A stretch of DNA of 64,000 bases. Origin: Hyaloraphidium curvatum SAG 235-1 (taxonomy: Eukaryota; Fungi; Monoblepharomycota). The notes under the pieces were generated by a model that did no database searches, was not told the DNA's origin, and was given only the letters and a program-made list of their open reading frames with translations. Location of the stretch: NCBI GenBank assembly GCA_025558095.1, contig JAIVFI010000016.1, forward strand, positions 558,001 through 622,000. Reading direction: 5' to 3'. Both the position numbers and the translations under genes were made by a program. Positions 35,101-47,116 of this stretch are shown here, in pieces. Every line of letters starts with the position of its first letter. Position 1 is the first letter of the stretch.

Positions 35101-37097
35101 AACGCGCCCGACGGGGTGATCGAGAACAGGGTGCCGCACTCGTTAGCTGTCGTCAGTCCTGTGAAGCCCCGCGCGACGCCGAGGAAGTTGCCGTCGGGCG
35201 CCTCGGCGATGCCGGTGACGGTGCCGAGGTCGGCGCTGATGCGGAACAGCACCGTCGGGCTGGCGGCGGGGAAGGTGGCACGAGTGGCCGTCCGCGAGGC
35301 GCTGCGGGTGGCCGTCCGCGTAGCCGTGCGGGAGGTGCTCGTCGCGGTGCGGGTACTCGTCGTGCTTTGGCGCAGCCCGACGTCGAGGGCAAAGAGCGTC
35401 CCCGTCGCCCCCGTCAGCGAGCCCGAGGTGACCCCGTAGAGCAGCCCGTCGTCACCCAGCACCAGCCCGTCCACGGGCTGCCCGCCAAACAGCTCCGGCT
35501 CGCCGTTGCCCGCGGGATAACCCTCGTACCAGGAAAAGGTGAGCACTATCTCGGCCCCCGTGCTCCCGTCCGCCTTGACGCGCATGATCCTGCCGCTCGA
35601 GTAGCTCGTCGAAGTGCCGCCGTAGTAGAGCCAGCCCCCGGCCTCGACCATCCCAGTCGTCCCGCCGCGGTCGCCCTGCATGTGCGCCAGCACGGCGAGC
35701 TCCCCCGAAGGGCGCAGGATCCACGCGGTGCCCCGGTTGTTTGCCCCGCCCTGGCGGCACGTGCCGACAACCGACCCGTCTGCCAGCCGCAGCACGTAGT
35801 CGTACGCCCTGACCCCCGTGGACGCGTTGAAATGCGCCAGCGTGGACAGCAGCCCGGCGGGCGAGATGCGGAAGACAGTGCCCTCCCCGAACCGCCCACC
35901 CTTCGTCGTCGCGCCGTACATCAGCCCGTCCGCGCCGAGGGTGAGCCCGCTGTAGGGCTCGCTGCCCCTCTCCGCCGCGTTGGGCCCGCCGAAGTGGAAA
36001 AGGATGGTCAGGGTGCCGTCCTGCGCGGCGCGGAACACGGTGCCGCCGTCGTAGAGGCCACTGATCGTTGTGGTCCCGTAAATGTTGCCGTCTGGCCCGC
36101 GGACGACGGATCCCATGGGCGAGGAGCCGGTGCTGACGTTGAAGCCCACGAACCCGGAGATGGATCCCGTCGCGGGGCTGTAGCGCGCCACGGTCCCCAG
36201 GCCCGATGGCCCGCCCGACTGCGTGGGGATGTAGTAGGCGCCATCCGCACCCGGCACGGGCCTCCCCTGCGGGTATCCGCCCGTGTTGCGGTCGATGAAA
36301 TAAGCGACGATCCGCGGGCTGTCCCCGGGGATGTACCGCCACACGGCGCCGCAGTCGCCGCACCCGGGGTTAACGTCGTAGTCGCCGCCGGCGTACGAGA
36401 CGCCGTAAATCGTGCCATTGTCGGCGAGCGCAATGCCCCGCGCCCCGTTCAGGTTGTAGTCCAGCTTGGCCAATAGGGTCGGCGTCGCGCGGAACGTCGG
36501 GGTGGCGGTGGTCGAAGTCCGCGTGATTGTGCGCGACGTGGAGGTGCGGGAACGTGTGGTGGAAGCGGACCGGGTCGTGCCGGTCAGCGAGGTCGACGAG
36601 AGGGTTGACGGCGTGCGGGTCGCCGACGCCGTGGGCGAGGTGGACGTGAGCGACGAAGAGGTGGGGGAGGCGGTCGAAGAGGACGCCGTCCTCGACGCCG
36701 AGCGGGTCGTTGAAGCAGTCAACGAGGTCCGCGACGTGGTCGACGAAGTCCGCAAAAGCGTGATCGAAGAAGAAGTCGGCGTCGAAGACGAGAGCGTCCG
36801 CGAGGCCGAGAGGGAGTTGGTCGCGGAGCGCGACGAGGAAGAGGGCGTCGAAGGCGAAAGTGTCCGCGACGCCGAGCGGGTCGCCGACCGCGTGGCCGAC
36901 GACGACGAGCACCCTCCAAAAACCGTCACCGTGCGCTCCGCGGTCACCGTGACCGTAACCGTGCGGAACTCGGTTGCCGCGCAGGTGCCGGTCGGGCCCG
37001 CCTGCCGCGGCTCGATCGCGGCGCCGCCCGCCCCGCCGCACGCGGCCAGCGCGAGCAGCAGCCAGATCGACAGCATCGCCAGCGCCGTGCGGCCCAT
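32117..37097 (-). CDS. Giant secreted modular protein, copy A: S/T stalks, two GloVer-repeat-like beta-propellers, unknown domain, P-domain-like C-terminus (4 introns)
   Basis: Signal peptide MGRTALAMLSIWLLLALAAC and repeated DG.LYG.T..GG..G.GTVF units. Exons are joined by GT-AG introns near 34502-34560, 34058-34120, 33197-33256 and 32609-32668. Ends GTWTLAFR...FYEWCLWLKTE. Confidence 0.75.
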
Positions 37098-38177
37098 GAC
37101 CCGGGATGGGCGGCGAAAACGGCCCGCCGGGCGGTTCGGGAGGTGCGGCAACCCCGTCAGCGTCAGCCGCCCCAGCCGCCACTCCGCGACCCCGCGCACT
37201 CGGATCGGGCAAAGTTGGTTTCTCACGGTGATGAGCTTACAAGGCGAAAGGTCGTCCGCCTCATTGGTGAGCTGGAGAAGCCGATGCCCAAACGCTCAAA
37301 TGAGCGCGACACCGCTTCCGCCGGCTCCTGGTCCCACAAATCACTTCTACTCTCACTCGCCCATACCAAACCTCCTCGTTGATCACCCTGTCCTACACCA
37401 TCTTAGTCCATCAAATGAACGCGAGAGAAGCTGGATGCCCTCCGGCATAGGAAGCCGAGCCTGCTTGACGCATTCGCGACGGAGCTCACCCCTCTTGACT
37501 TGGACTTTTCTCCGCAATGCGTTTTGCTACTGCCTACTCTAAATGAGGTGGGTGGCGCTTGCGGCGGGATGGCGCGGGTGCGGGCGAGCTCATGGATTGT
37601 TCGGATGGTTTGGCTCATGAAGGCGAACTTCGAGGCGGTTCAGGGGGCCACGAGGCTACAGATTCTAGTGGCGTGGCGAGAGAGGGATCTTACGGGGCGA
37701 AGCCATGGGACTAGAGAGCGCGAAAAGGAACTTCGCCGCGATCACCAAGGTCAACGAAAGGTTTGCCGTCCTTGAACGGCGCTTCACCTAAACTAGGTAC
37801 TGGAGAACGTCGGGAGCTGGCATTGGCCAAAACGGCCGTGTCATAGCCGGTCTTTTATTTGACTTTGGAAGGGCGCGAGGCGTCAGGAAATCGCGCCAAC
37901 GCCGATGTCTCCAGCCCGGGGGGACCCATTGTCAGGGACGCCGGGACCCATCGCGGGGCTGTAGGTGCGCGGAGCCGGCCCACCGCCCCATCCGTCCGCC
38001 CTTGGCTCCATCCAATTTCTCCGCGACAGGAGCACCCCTCCAGGCACGCCCCCTCGGTCCGATCCGAGTGGGCGGCGGGTCGGCGGTGGTGGCGGCTGGG
38101 TTGGCTGACGCCGCTTTGTCGTGCGCCCTTGCGCCGGTCCGACCGCCCTGCGACGTTCCGGGCGCCCATCCCGGCCG

Positions 38178-41100
38178 ATGGGCCGCGCGGCGCTCGCGAT
38201 GCTGCCGATCTGGCTGCTGCTCGCGCTGGCCGCGTGCGGCGGGGCGGCCGGCGCCGCGATCGAGCCGCGGCAGGCGGCGGCGACGACGTGCCCCGCGACC
38301 GCGTTCCGCACGGTCACGGTCACCGTGACGGCGGCGGAGAGGACGGTGACGGTTTTTGGAGGGTGCTCGTCGTCGTCAGCAACCGCGTCGTGGACGTCGT
38401 CGACCCGCTCGGCGTCGCGCACGCCCTCTTCGCGGACACCCTCTTCTACGTCCCTATCCGCGACCACATCTCTCTCGCGGTCGCGGACGGCGTCGTTCTC
38501 CACGACGTTTTCCTCTTCGCTCTCAGCCTTGCGGACGCCGTCGTCGTCGACCCCCTCATCCTCCTCTTTCACCTCTTCATCTCGCAAGTCCACCTCGCCC
38601 ACGGCGTCGGCGACCCGCACTTGGTCAACCCTTTCGTCGACCTCATTGACTGGCAGGCCGACCACCAGCTCGTTCACGGCTTCGCCGAGCCGCACGGCGA
38701 CGAGCTCAACTCGGACGGCTTCATCGACCACCTCACGTTCCCGCACCTCGTCGTCCCGTACAGTTACGCGCACTGCGACCACTGCAACCCCGATGTTCCA
38801 CGCGACGCCGACGCTCCTCGCCAAGCTGGACTACTCGCTCACGGGCGCGCAAGGCATCGCGCTCGCCGACAATGGCACAATCTACGGCGTGTCGTATGCC
38901 GGTGGCGACTACGAACTCGGCCCCGGGTGTGGCGACTGCGGAGTAGTGTGGCGTTACGTCCCGGGTGACACCGCGCGGATAGCCGCATTCTTCAACGACC
39001 GCGACACGGGCGGATACCCGCAGGGGCGGCCCGTGCCTGGCTCGGATGGCGCCTACTACATCCCCACGCAGTCAGGCGGCAGATCGGGTCTGGGGACCGT
39101 GGCGCGCTACAGCCCCGCGACGGGATCCATCTCCGGGTTCGTGAGCTTCAACGTCAGCACCGGCGCCTCACCCATGGGATCCGTCGTCCGCGGGCCGGAC
39201 GGCAACATGTATGGCACCACCTCGTTCGGCGGCCTCTACGACGGCGGCAGCGTGTTCCGCGCCGCGCAGGACGGCACCCTGACTATCCTTTTTCACTTTG
39301 GGGGCCCCAACGTGGCGGAACGGGGCGGCGAGCCCTACGGCGGGCTTACCCTCGGCGCGGACGGGCTGATGTACGGTACGACCTACAAGGGGGGCCGGTT
39401 CGACGGCGGCACCCTGTTCCGCATCTCCCCCGCGGGCCTGCTCTCCACCCTGGCGCACTTCAACGCATCCACGGGGCACAGGCCGGTGAACTACCCGCTC
39501 AGACTGGCCGACGGGTCCGTCGTCGGCACGTGCCGCCAGGGCGGGGCAAACAACCGGGGCACCGCGTGGATCCTGCGCCCGTCGGGGGAGCTCGCCGTGC
39601 TGGCGCACATGCAGGGCGACCGCGGCGGGACGACCGGGATGGTCGAGGCCGGGGGCTGGCTCTACTACGGCGGCACTTCGACGAGCTACTCGAGCGGCAG
39701 GATCATGCGCGTCAAGGCGGACGGGAGCACGGGGGCCGAGATAGTGCTCACGTTTTCCTGGTACGAGGGTTATCCCGCGGGCAACGGCGAGCCGGAGCTG
39801 TTTGGCGGGCAGCCCGTGGACGGGCTGGTGCTGGGTGACGACGGGCTGCTCTACGGGGTCACCTCGGGCTCGCTGACGGGGGCGACGGGGACGCTCTTTG
39901 CCCTCGACGTCGGGCTGCGCCAGAGCACGAGCACCTCCCGCACGTCGGCCACCCGCACGGCGTCGACCAGCGTGGCGCCGACCGCCACAAAGTCAATCAC
40001 CGCGACTCAATCCACCGCATCGAGGACGGCCTCGAGGTCGCAAACCGCAACCGTGCCGACGAGCTCGCGGTCGGCCACGGCCACCCGCCGATCATCCACG
40101 GCCGCGGCGCCGGCGATGCCGTCGACCACCGCGCGCTCCACGACCAGCAGATCCGCCAGCCGCAGCCCGTCGACCACCTCCACCCGATCGTCGAGCACCT
40201 CCCGCACCCGGACCACCACGACGACCCCGCCAATCATCGCCCGCGTGCTGCACCGCTTCGACTGGACCGCTGGCAGCCCCATCGGCATCGCCCAGGCACC
40301 CGACGGGAGCTTCAGGGGGACCAGCTGGGTGGGAGGGCAGGACAGCTGGGGCACCTTCTTTTCGCTGTCTGCGGCGGGAGCGTACAGCACCCTGTTCACG
40401 TTCGACGGGACGACCAGCAACCTCGTCTACGCGTCGGGCCCGCCCTCCTATTCCCCGCAGTGCCAGTGCTTCTACGGCACCACCGAGGGCTCCGAGTTCT
40501 ACATCGGCCCGGACGGCGAGACGAGCTTCTCCGCCGACGGCACTCTGTACTCCGTCGACCTGGCCGGTACCGTATCGGTTCTCGCTCGGTTCTCCCCAAG
40601 GGACGAGCGGCCCAGCGGCGCGCTGGCGATCGGTCCCAACGGCACCGTGTACGGGACACTGTACACCCCCGCGGGGGACGGCGGCCAGGTGGGGAAGGTG
40701 TACAGGTACGACCCTTCCTCCGGCACCGTTTCGACCGTGGTCGACCTCGCCGCGGCCGGGCTGGGCGCGTATCCGGACGGGGTGACCCTGGGCCCGGACG
40801 GCAGGCTGTACGGCGCGGTGGCGATGCTGGACGACTTCGAGGCGGCGGGGTACCTGTACAGCGTGGGCACGGACGGGTCGGGGCTGCTGTCGGGGGCGGT
40901 CGAGCGCAACGTCGGGAAGCCGGTGCTGGGCGCGCATGGGTACGCGTACGGTGGGTGCATCCCGGGCGCAACCTGCCACTGCCGTCGCTGACGCCAGCGC
41001 AGCGATTACGTTGGAGTTCAGAAACTCCTTGTGCTTTGGCAGGATCGTCCGTTGGCAGCCCGGGTCGCCGGTCACGACGCTGTTCACGTTCCCGTCGGAC

Positions 41101-43453
41101 GGCTCCTACGGTTGCAACCCCTCGGCGCCCCTCCTGCGCGTCGGCGACGACTTCTTCGGGACCACGCAGGCCAACATCTTTCGCCTGCGGCCGCCTTACA
41201 CCGAGGTCGAGGTGGTCGTTTGGGCTGGCGGCTCGGCTTTGGAGGCTCCCTTCGGCGGAAGCATGGAGCTCCTGCTGCCCTCCGAGGGCGGCCTCGTGCA
41301 AGCATCCGACGGGCGCATCTTCGGCGTGTCCCGGGCGCCCTGGTGGGCGTCGTCTGAATTCTACGGCGCCTTCTTCGCGATCGACCTCCGCCTGATTCCC
41401 CCCCCCCCACCGACGGCACGCCCGAACTCCGTGGGTGGCCGCGCCGCCTCGTGCGCATTCCGACGCTGATTCGATCCCCACGCAGACGTTCACACAGAGC
41501 ACAAAGACGGCCTCGCGGACACCTTCGCCCCCTGCTTCGGTGACGGCGACTTCGTCCACCAGTTCACGGTCCGTTTCGCGTACTCCGACGACAACGCGGC
41601 CGCGCTCGACGACTGCTGTGCCGCTGACGTCGACGCAACTGGCGGGTACGAGCAGCAGAACGGCGAGCAGCAGCAGCAGGACGGCAAGCAGCGGCACCCG
41701 GACGGCAAGCAGTAGCACCCGGACGGCAAGCAGTAGCACCCGGACGGCAACCAGCAGTACCCAAAAGGGAAGCAGTAGCATCCAGACGGCAAGCAGCAGT
41801 ATCCGGACGGCAAACAGTAGTACCCAAAAGGTAACCAGCAGCAGCAGGACGGCGAGCAGGACGGCCACCACCACTAGCAGAACGGCGACCAGCACTGTGC
41901 TGCCGGCCGCATCGTCCACAACAGTGCGGCGGGCCGCGTCGACAACAGTCGCGGGGCCTTCGTCGACGAACTCCCCGCGGGCTTCGTCGACAAAGACCGC
42001 GCCCACCAGCAGTCGCACAGCAACGAGATCCTCCATCACGGCCACGAGGTCATTGACAGCTTCCAGCTCGACTCTCTCTGCCACAAGCAGCTCCCGCACC
42101 GCAACCAGTAGCACCACCACGCGCACGCCGACGAGCACCAGCCGCACGCCGACGACGAGGACGGCGACCACCTTGACGTCGAGCACCTCGTTCACTTCCA
42201 CGACATCCTTTACGAAGACGACCAGCCGCACCATAACTCTGGGACCGACTATAACCCAGGGACCCTGCCCACCGCCGGCTCCAGTTGTGTCGAGCGGTTT
42301 GGCGTGCAATTCGGGGGTGAGTTTCGAGAGAATCGCGCACCGTTTGCGTGGAACTAAGGCGATCCGATCCCAGACGGCCACATTCAAGTCCGTCCTGAAC
42401 AACGTCGTCATCGGCTGCAAGTCGTACAACGTCATCTTCCGGCAGAACTTGGGCGGCGCCGACGGGCGGGCTGCCTTCAACGACTACTTTGGTTCCTCCG
42501 CCAACGTCTCCCTCCCTTTCTCGACCGCGCGCCAGGCGTACGACGCCATCGAGGCCATCAATTCCGCCTTGGCCGGCCGCGCGGACGTGGACGCTAGCCC
42601 GGCGCCCGACGCCCTCGTCAACGGCGCCATGGTGCCCTTTGCTCCGACCGACACGAGCTTCAGCTTCCGCATCTTCAGGCCCGGGACCACGGCGCCCAAC
42701 AGGCCCGTCACCTCGCCGGACGACTCCATTAAAATGGAGCGGACGACGGGGTACGCGCTAGCCATGACGACGTTCGAGCTCCTGGATGGGAGCTGCGTCC
42801 CGCAGGAGGGTGGGACGATCGCGCAGCCAGGCGGTTCCACCACCACGTCGGCTTCCAGCACGAGAGTGCCCGCGAGTCGCACGAGCACTTCGACGACATC
42901 GGTGGGTGCTTCCATGCCACTGTCTTGTTCGGAACGTCTGACGCTTCGCTCGTGCACGCAGCGGACCATGACCACCCAGACGCCGAACGTCGCACCAGGC
43001 ATGCGCTCGTACTGCGACCGGACCTACTTCGAAGGACCGGGCACGCTGTCCTCGGGCGAGGGGACTCTTTACCTCCGCAATGTCACCGTTCCTCCCGGCG
43101 GGACAGTCGCCAACGTTTCCGTCAGCCTCACGTACTCGCACGAGTACGGCGCGGAAGCGACCCTCTCCCACCCCGATGGCACTGGCAACCGGGTCCTGAC
43201 CCTCCAAGGATTGTCGTGCAATCTCGGCGACCAGGTGACGCAGTTCACCTTCCGGGACGACGCGGCGTCCTATCCAGGCGACATTGAGGGCGGCACCTGC
43301 GAGTCCAAGACGGTCAAGCCCTGGGATCCCTTTAGGGTCTATCGCGGGAAGGGGGCGGCGGGGACCTGGACGCTCGCGTTCCGCCCGTCGAATACCTACC
43401 CGCCTCAGGTGTTCCGGTTCTACGAGTGGTGCCTGTGGCTCTATACCGAATAA
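38178..43453 (+). CDS. Giant secreted modular protein, copy B (inverted paralog of copy A; 4 introns)
   Basis: Same architecture and intron positions as copy A. MGRAALAMLPIWLLLALAAC...FYEWCLWLYTE. Confidence 0.75.
41650..41885 (+). repeat. Coding tandem repeat, degenerate 21-nt unit (RTASSST)
   Basis: CGGACGGCAAGCAGTAGCACC and variants are repeated in tandem in the S/T stalk of copy B. Confidence 0.8.
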
Positions 43454-43572
43454 GGAGGAATAGACAATTCTCGCATACGTTATCACTCGACCACAAGAAG
43501 GGCTGGCCTCCATTGGGTAAGCTTCGCCTTCGCCGTCCATTCAAGCAATCCCTCCCTGCTCGCGGCATGCAG

Positions 43573-45136
43573 CTAGTACGACGGACAGATGCTCTCGATG
43601 GTAAAGAACAGTCCCGCGCTCCGCAGAAGGCTCCACAGGCCGATGGCCACCGTAACCATTGTCACGAAGAACGTCCTGAGCACCTGGAACGTGATGGGGA
43701 ACCCCACAAGGGTCGCCTGGAGCGACCCGACGTCCCTGTAGGCGCGCAGCAGCCTGTCCACGAGGCGGATCCGCTCTGCGCGGCGCGGGTCGGGATCCTG
43801 GCCACCTTCCCGGGCCTCCCATTCGCGCAACCGGACCTGTGCGGATTCGTACAGGTTTCCGACGCTGGAGGCCAGCCGGTTGGCGTAGGCGGAGAGGTAG
43901 GCATCGTAGAGGAAAATGCCGAGGACGGCCGCGACGCCGACGATGGTACCCACGGTGATGCACGATCCGACGGCCTGTGCCGCAAGAGTGAGCTCAGCGG
44001 GCATGCAAGCGGCCACGGATGCCACCTACCGCGACGGTGACGATGCTGAAGAAGTAAACGGCGAGCATGATCCCCCATTCTCGCGTGTGCCGGTCCCCAG
44101 CAGCGAGGCGCACCGTGGCGGCCGCGACCAGCTGGCGCCGGAGCTTGACCAGCAGCCGCACATGCGCCTCGTACTCGTCGTCTTGGGGCAGCGGTTCGCG
44201 GCAGCAATCCAAGACAGAGAAGAGGTTCGCCGCCACCGCGCGGTGGAGGAGGCGGAGGGTGGGTCGCAACCCGGCGGGGCACCGCATCATGTTTGCTAGG
44301 GCCGACAACGGCATCCAGAAAAAGACAATATGCAGCATGAGGATAGTCCAGGGAACCACCCAGGCTCCGGCCAAAGCTTCCGGCGCCACTGTCACAATGG
44401 GAGTCCAAAAGGTGGTAATCCATGCGGCCCACCCCGACATGGCACCGTGGGCCGCGATGGCCAGGGAAAGCTGCAGCGCAATTTCCGACCCGAGATTTCC
44501 CAGGCATTCGGAGCACGGGCACTCGGGGTCGTCGGGCCAGTGCTCGACGAGCACGGACGGCTTTTCCGAGTCCTCCTTATTCTCCGGGTCGCGCGATCCC
44601 AATCCTGCAAGCTGGCTCCACCGCACGAAGCCAGTGAGCTGATCACCACCGAAATTCCATGCGGTGGTGCGGTGGCCGCAGCGCATGAGCGCCCTCAGCG
44701 GTGGGGTGAGGAAGGTCAGGTAGAAGGTCGTTCCGAAGGCGACCACCTGCGGGGTGCGGAAACGCCCGTTTGATGCTGTAGCGGTGAGTGCGAGGAGTGC
44801 GCATCCCGAGCCGACGACGAGGAAGAGCTTTGTGGCGACAACAGCGCGGGGTTCCACTACGGTCCGCATGCCCCTGGAGCGCTGGAGCTGCGAGAGCCTT
44901 CGCAGGGAGGGCCACGGCGACAGGGCGCGCGAAAAAGACTCCCAATTCAGGGCGTGGGAGGTGCGGAAGTCGGCCGCGGGGTCGGAGACGCGGTCGTCGC
45001 CCTCGGGAGGCATGCCGCCCTCGCGGGCCTTGGTCGGCCAGGGAAAGAGTGCGGCCCATTCCGCGGGCTCGAAATCCTTCGGTGCGCGGCCATATATGCG
45101 GGTCGCCATTGGCAGCGCGTCAGAACCCGACGTCAT
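43573..45136 (-). CDS. 7-TM membrane protein, 7TMIC (gustatory-receptor-like/DUF3537-like) family copy 1 (intron 43975-44029)
   Basis: FEPAEW N-terminal motif, HWPDDPECPCSEC, several TM helices, and C-terminal ATLVGFPITFQVLRTFFVTMVTVAIGLWSLL...SICP. The family link is an inference. Confidence 0.7.
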
Positions 45137-46040
45137 TCGCAATGGACAGCCGAACCCAAGGAGACCAAAAGGATACGGGGCGCCGCTGACAGGCGCCGAG
45201 ATGCTCCCTTCCGCCGAACCGTCTATTCCTTTGCTGCTTATTGCATTGAGAAAGTCATGTCGTACGGTGCCTTTCAGACGGCCCGCATCGACGAACCGAC
45301 CAACCAGCAAAGGATAGTGGCGGATGGCCCACGCCGGGAGCGCCTGAATCGGGCCCGCGAGGCTTCCGCGGTGCCCACGGACCCCGACCTGGGCGACCGC
45401 GGACCCGGCTAGCAGGCCGCGCGGATCAGCCGGCTCGAGGCGGAGCTCGCGGCAGCCGAGAACGGCTGGAGGAAGCAAGGCTGGATACGGAGGAGACTGC
45501 GTGAAAGCTGATGATGCCGAATCGCGGGCCCGGAACCACGAGAAGGTGGTCCGCAAGCTGCGGATCCGCGTCGCCAACCTCGAGGCCAAGGCCGCCAACG
45601 ACGCCTCGCGGCTGGCCTCGCTGTTTGCCGAGGTGGGTCCTTCTGGACGACACTCTGGGCCTGGCCGAGGGTAGAACGGTCGGATTGTCTCCATCCTCTG
45701 CTCCGAGACGAGCGGCTTCGACCCTGCCATCGCCTGCCCGATCGTCGCAGGGGCGGACGGACGGCAGGAAATAGTCGACGAGCTTCGCAGGCGGGTCGCA
45801 GCATTTCGAGCTTGCATCAATGCAGGGGAGTGCATCAGAGTGAAGGAGAGCGAAGAACGGCGCGGGAGGGTGCGGGGATACGGATGTAACGACTATGCGA
45901 CAACAGAAGCAGCTTGCCTGGTGTTGTCGCGTCGGGACAAGCGAGGCATCAAGGGGCGCCAGCTGCTGGGAGCGGCCGGGACGGCCGGGAGACAGACGCC
46001 GATCCAAACATCGTCCCGCAACCCCGCCGAGGCACTCAAG

Positions 46041-47047
46041 ATGCCCTTCGCAGACGTCAACGGGCATCAAATTGCTTACGAAGAGCACGGACCGAAAGAT
46101 GGTCGGCCACCGCGCGGGATTCGCCCGCTTTCCGGGCTCATCGCCGCCCAGGTCCCGCCGTCATCTTCCTCCACTCGTTCCTCATGGACAGGCAGATGTT
46201 CGCGCCGCAGGTGGAAAAGCTCAAGTCCAAGTACCGCTGCATCCTGATGGACGAGCGCGGGCACGGCGAGACCCGCGCGGGGGGCAACTTCGACTTCTGG
46301 GACTCGGCGAAAGACACGGTCGGGCTGGCCAAGGCGCTCGGGATCGAGCCCGCCGCGGGCGGAAAAGGCGGGGTCGTGATCGTTGGCATCAGCCAAGGGG
46401 GTTTCGTCGCGCTGCGGTGCGCCCTCCTGGAGCCGGACCTGGTCAACGGGGCGGTTGTCATGGGCTCGTCGCCCGATGACGAGAGCGAGGAGAACAAGGT
46501 GGCCTTTGGCCAGATTTTTGCCGGATGGGAGGCCAACGGGCTCGAGAGCGTCATTGACACGGTCATGTGGGTGTCCTTGGCAGGAGACAAGGGCGTTTTC
46601 AGTGGGTGTTCTGCGGACGTCCATTGGCCTACAAATAGTCGTGGTTCACAACTGGGCCGCACAGAGGGCGACGCCGAGATGACGGGGAAGATCCGGGCGC
46701 GGATGCTCAAGCGTAACTCGGAGGACGACGCCGCGATCTTCAACGCCCTGGTTTCGAGGGACTCGATCTACGAGAAGCTGAAGGAGGTCAAGTGTCCCGT
46801 CATCGGTTGGCTCGTGCTTCTTCTCCTCCCGCGGACCATGCCGCTGACGCGCCTCCGAATAGTGCTCCACGGGACCGACGACCACTCGTACCCCGTCGAA
46901 AAGGGCAAGCGGATCTGCGAGGGGCTGCCCAAGGAGCAGCTCAAAGGCTGGGTCGAGGTGCAGGGCGGGGCGCACTTCCTGTCCATCACGGATCCGGAGG
47001 CGGTGGAGGCGCCGCTGGCCGACTTCCTCGCCAAGTACGCAAAATAG
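46041..47047 (+). CDS. Alpha/beta hydrolase (PcaD/enol-lactonase-like), spliced
   Basis: IFLHSF, DERGHG, GISQGG nucleophile elbow, HGTDD and GGAHF motifs. Confidence 0.85.
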
Positions 47048-47116
47048 ACGCGCACAGTCGCACAGATTGGATTCTTGCAGCACTCCCGTACAGCTCAAAT
47101 GACTTGGCAACTCAAA

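Larger units (their letters stand above)
32117..43453. repeat. Large imperfect inverted repeat: arms of about 5 kb around a spacer of about 0.85 kb (37210-38057)
   Basis: 35363-35775 is almost the exact reverse complement of 39515-39927, 32610-33190 matches 42375-42960, and the upstream 120 nt are also homologous. Confidence 0.9.

Noticed and set aside
37210-38057. Recombinase or transposon in the spacer of the inverted pair
   Set aside because: No recognisable ORF, terminal repeats or recombinase motifs. It is treated as a divergent promoter region.
41650-41885. CRISPR-like array
   Set aside because: Contiguous in-frame coding repeats with no unique spacers and no cas genes.
33090-42480. 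Long Val-rich antisense ORFs (33090-34523, 36466-37542, 37883-38824, 40396-42480)
   Set aside because: They are shadows of Ser/Thr-rich codons on the opposite strand in high-GC DNA.
45137-45835. Long N-terminal extension of receptor copy 1
   Set aside because: Paralogs start shortly before F.PAEW, and the extension lacks similarity and overlaps a + strand remnant.
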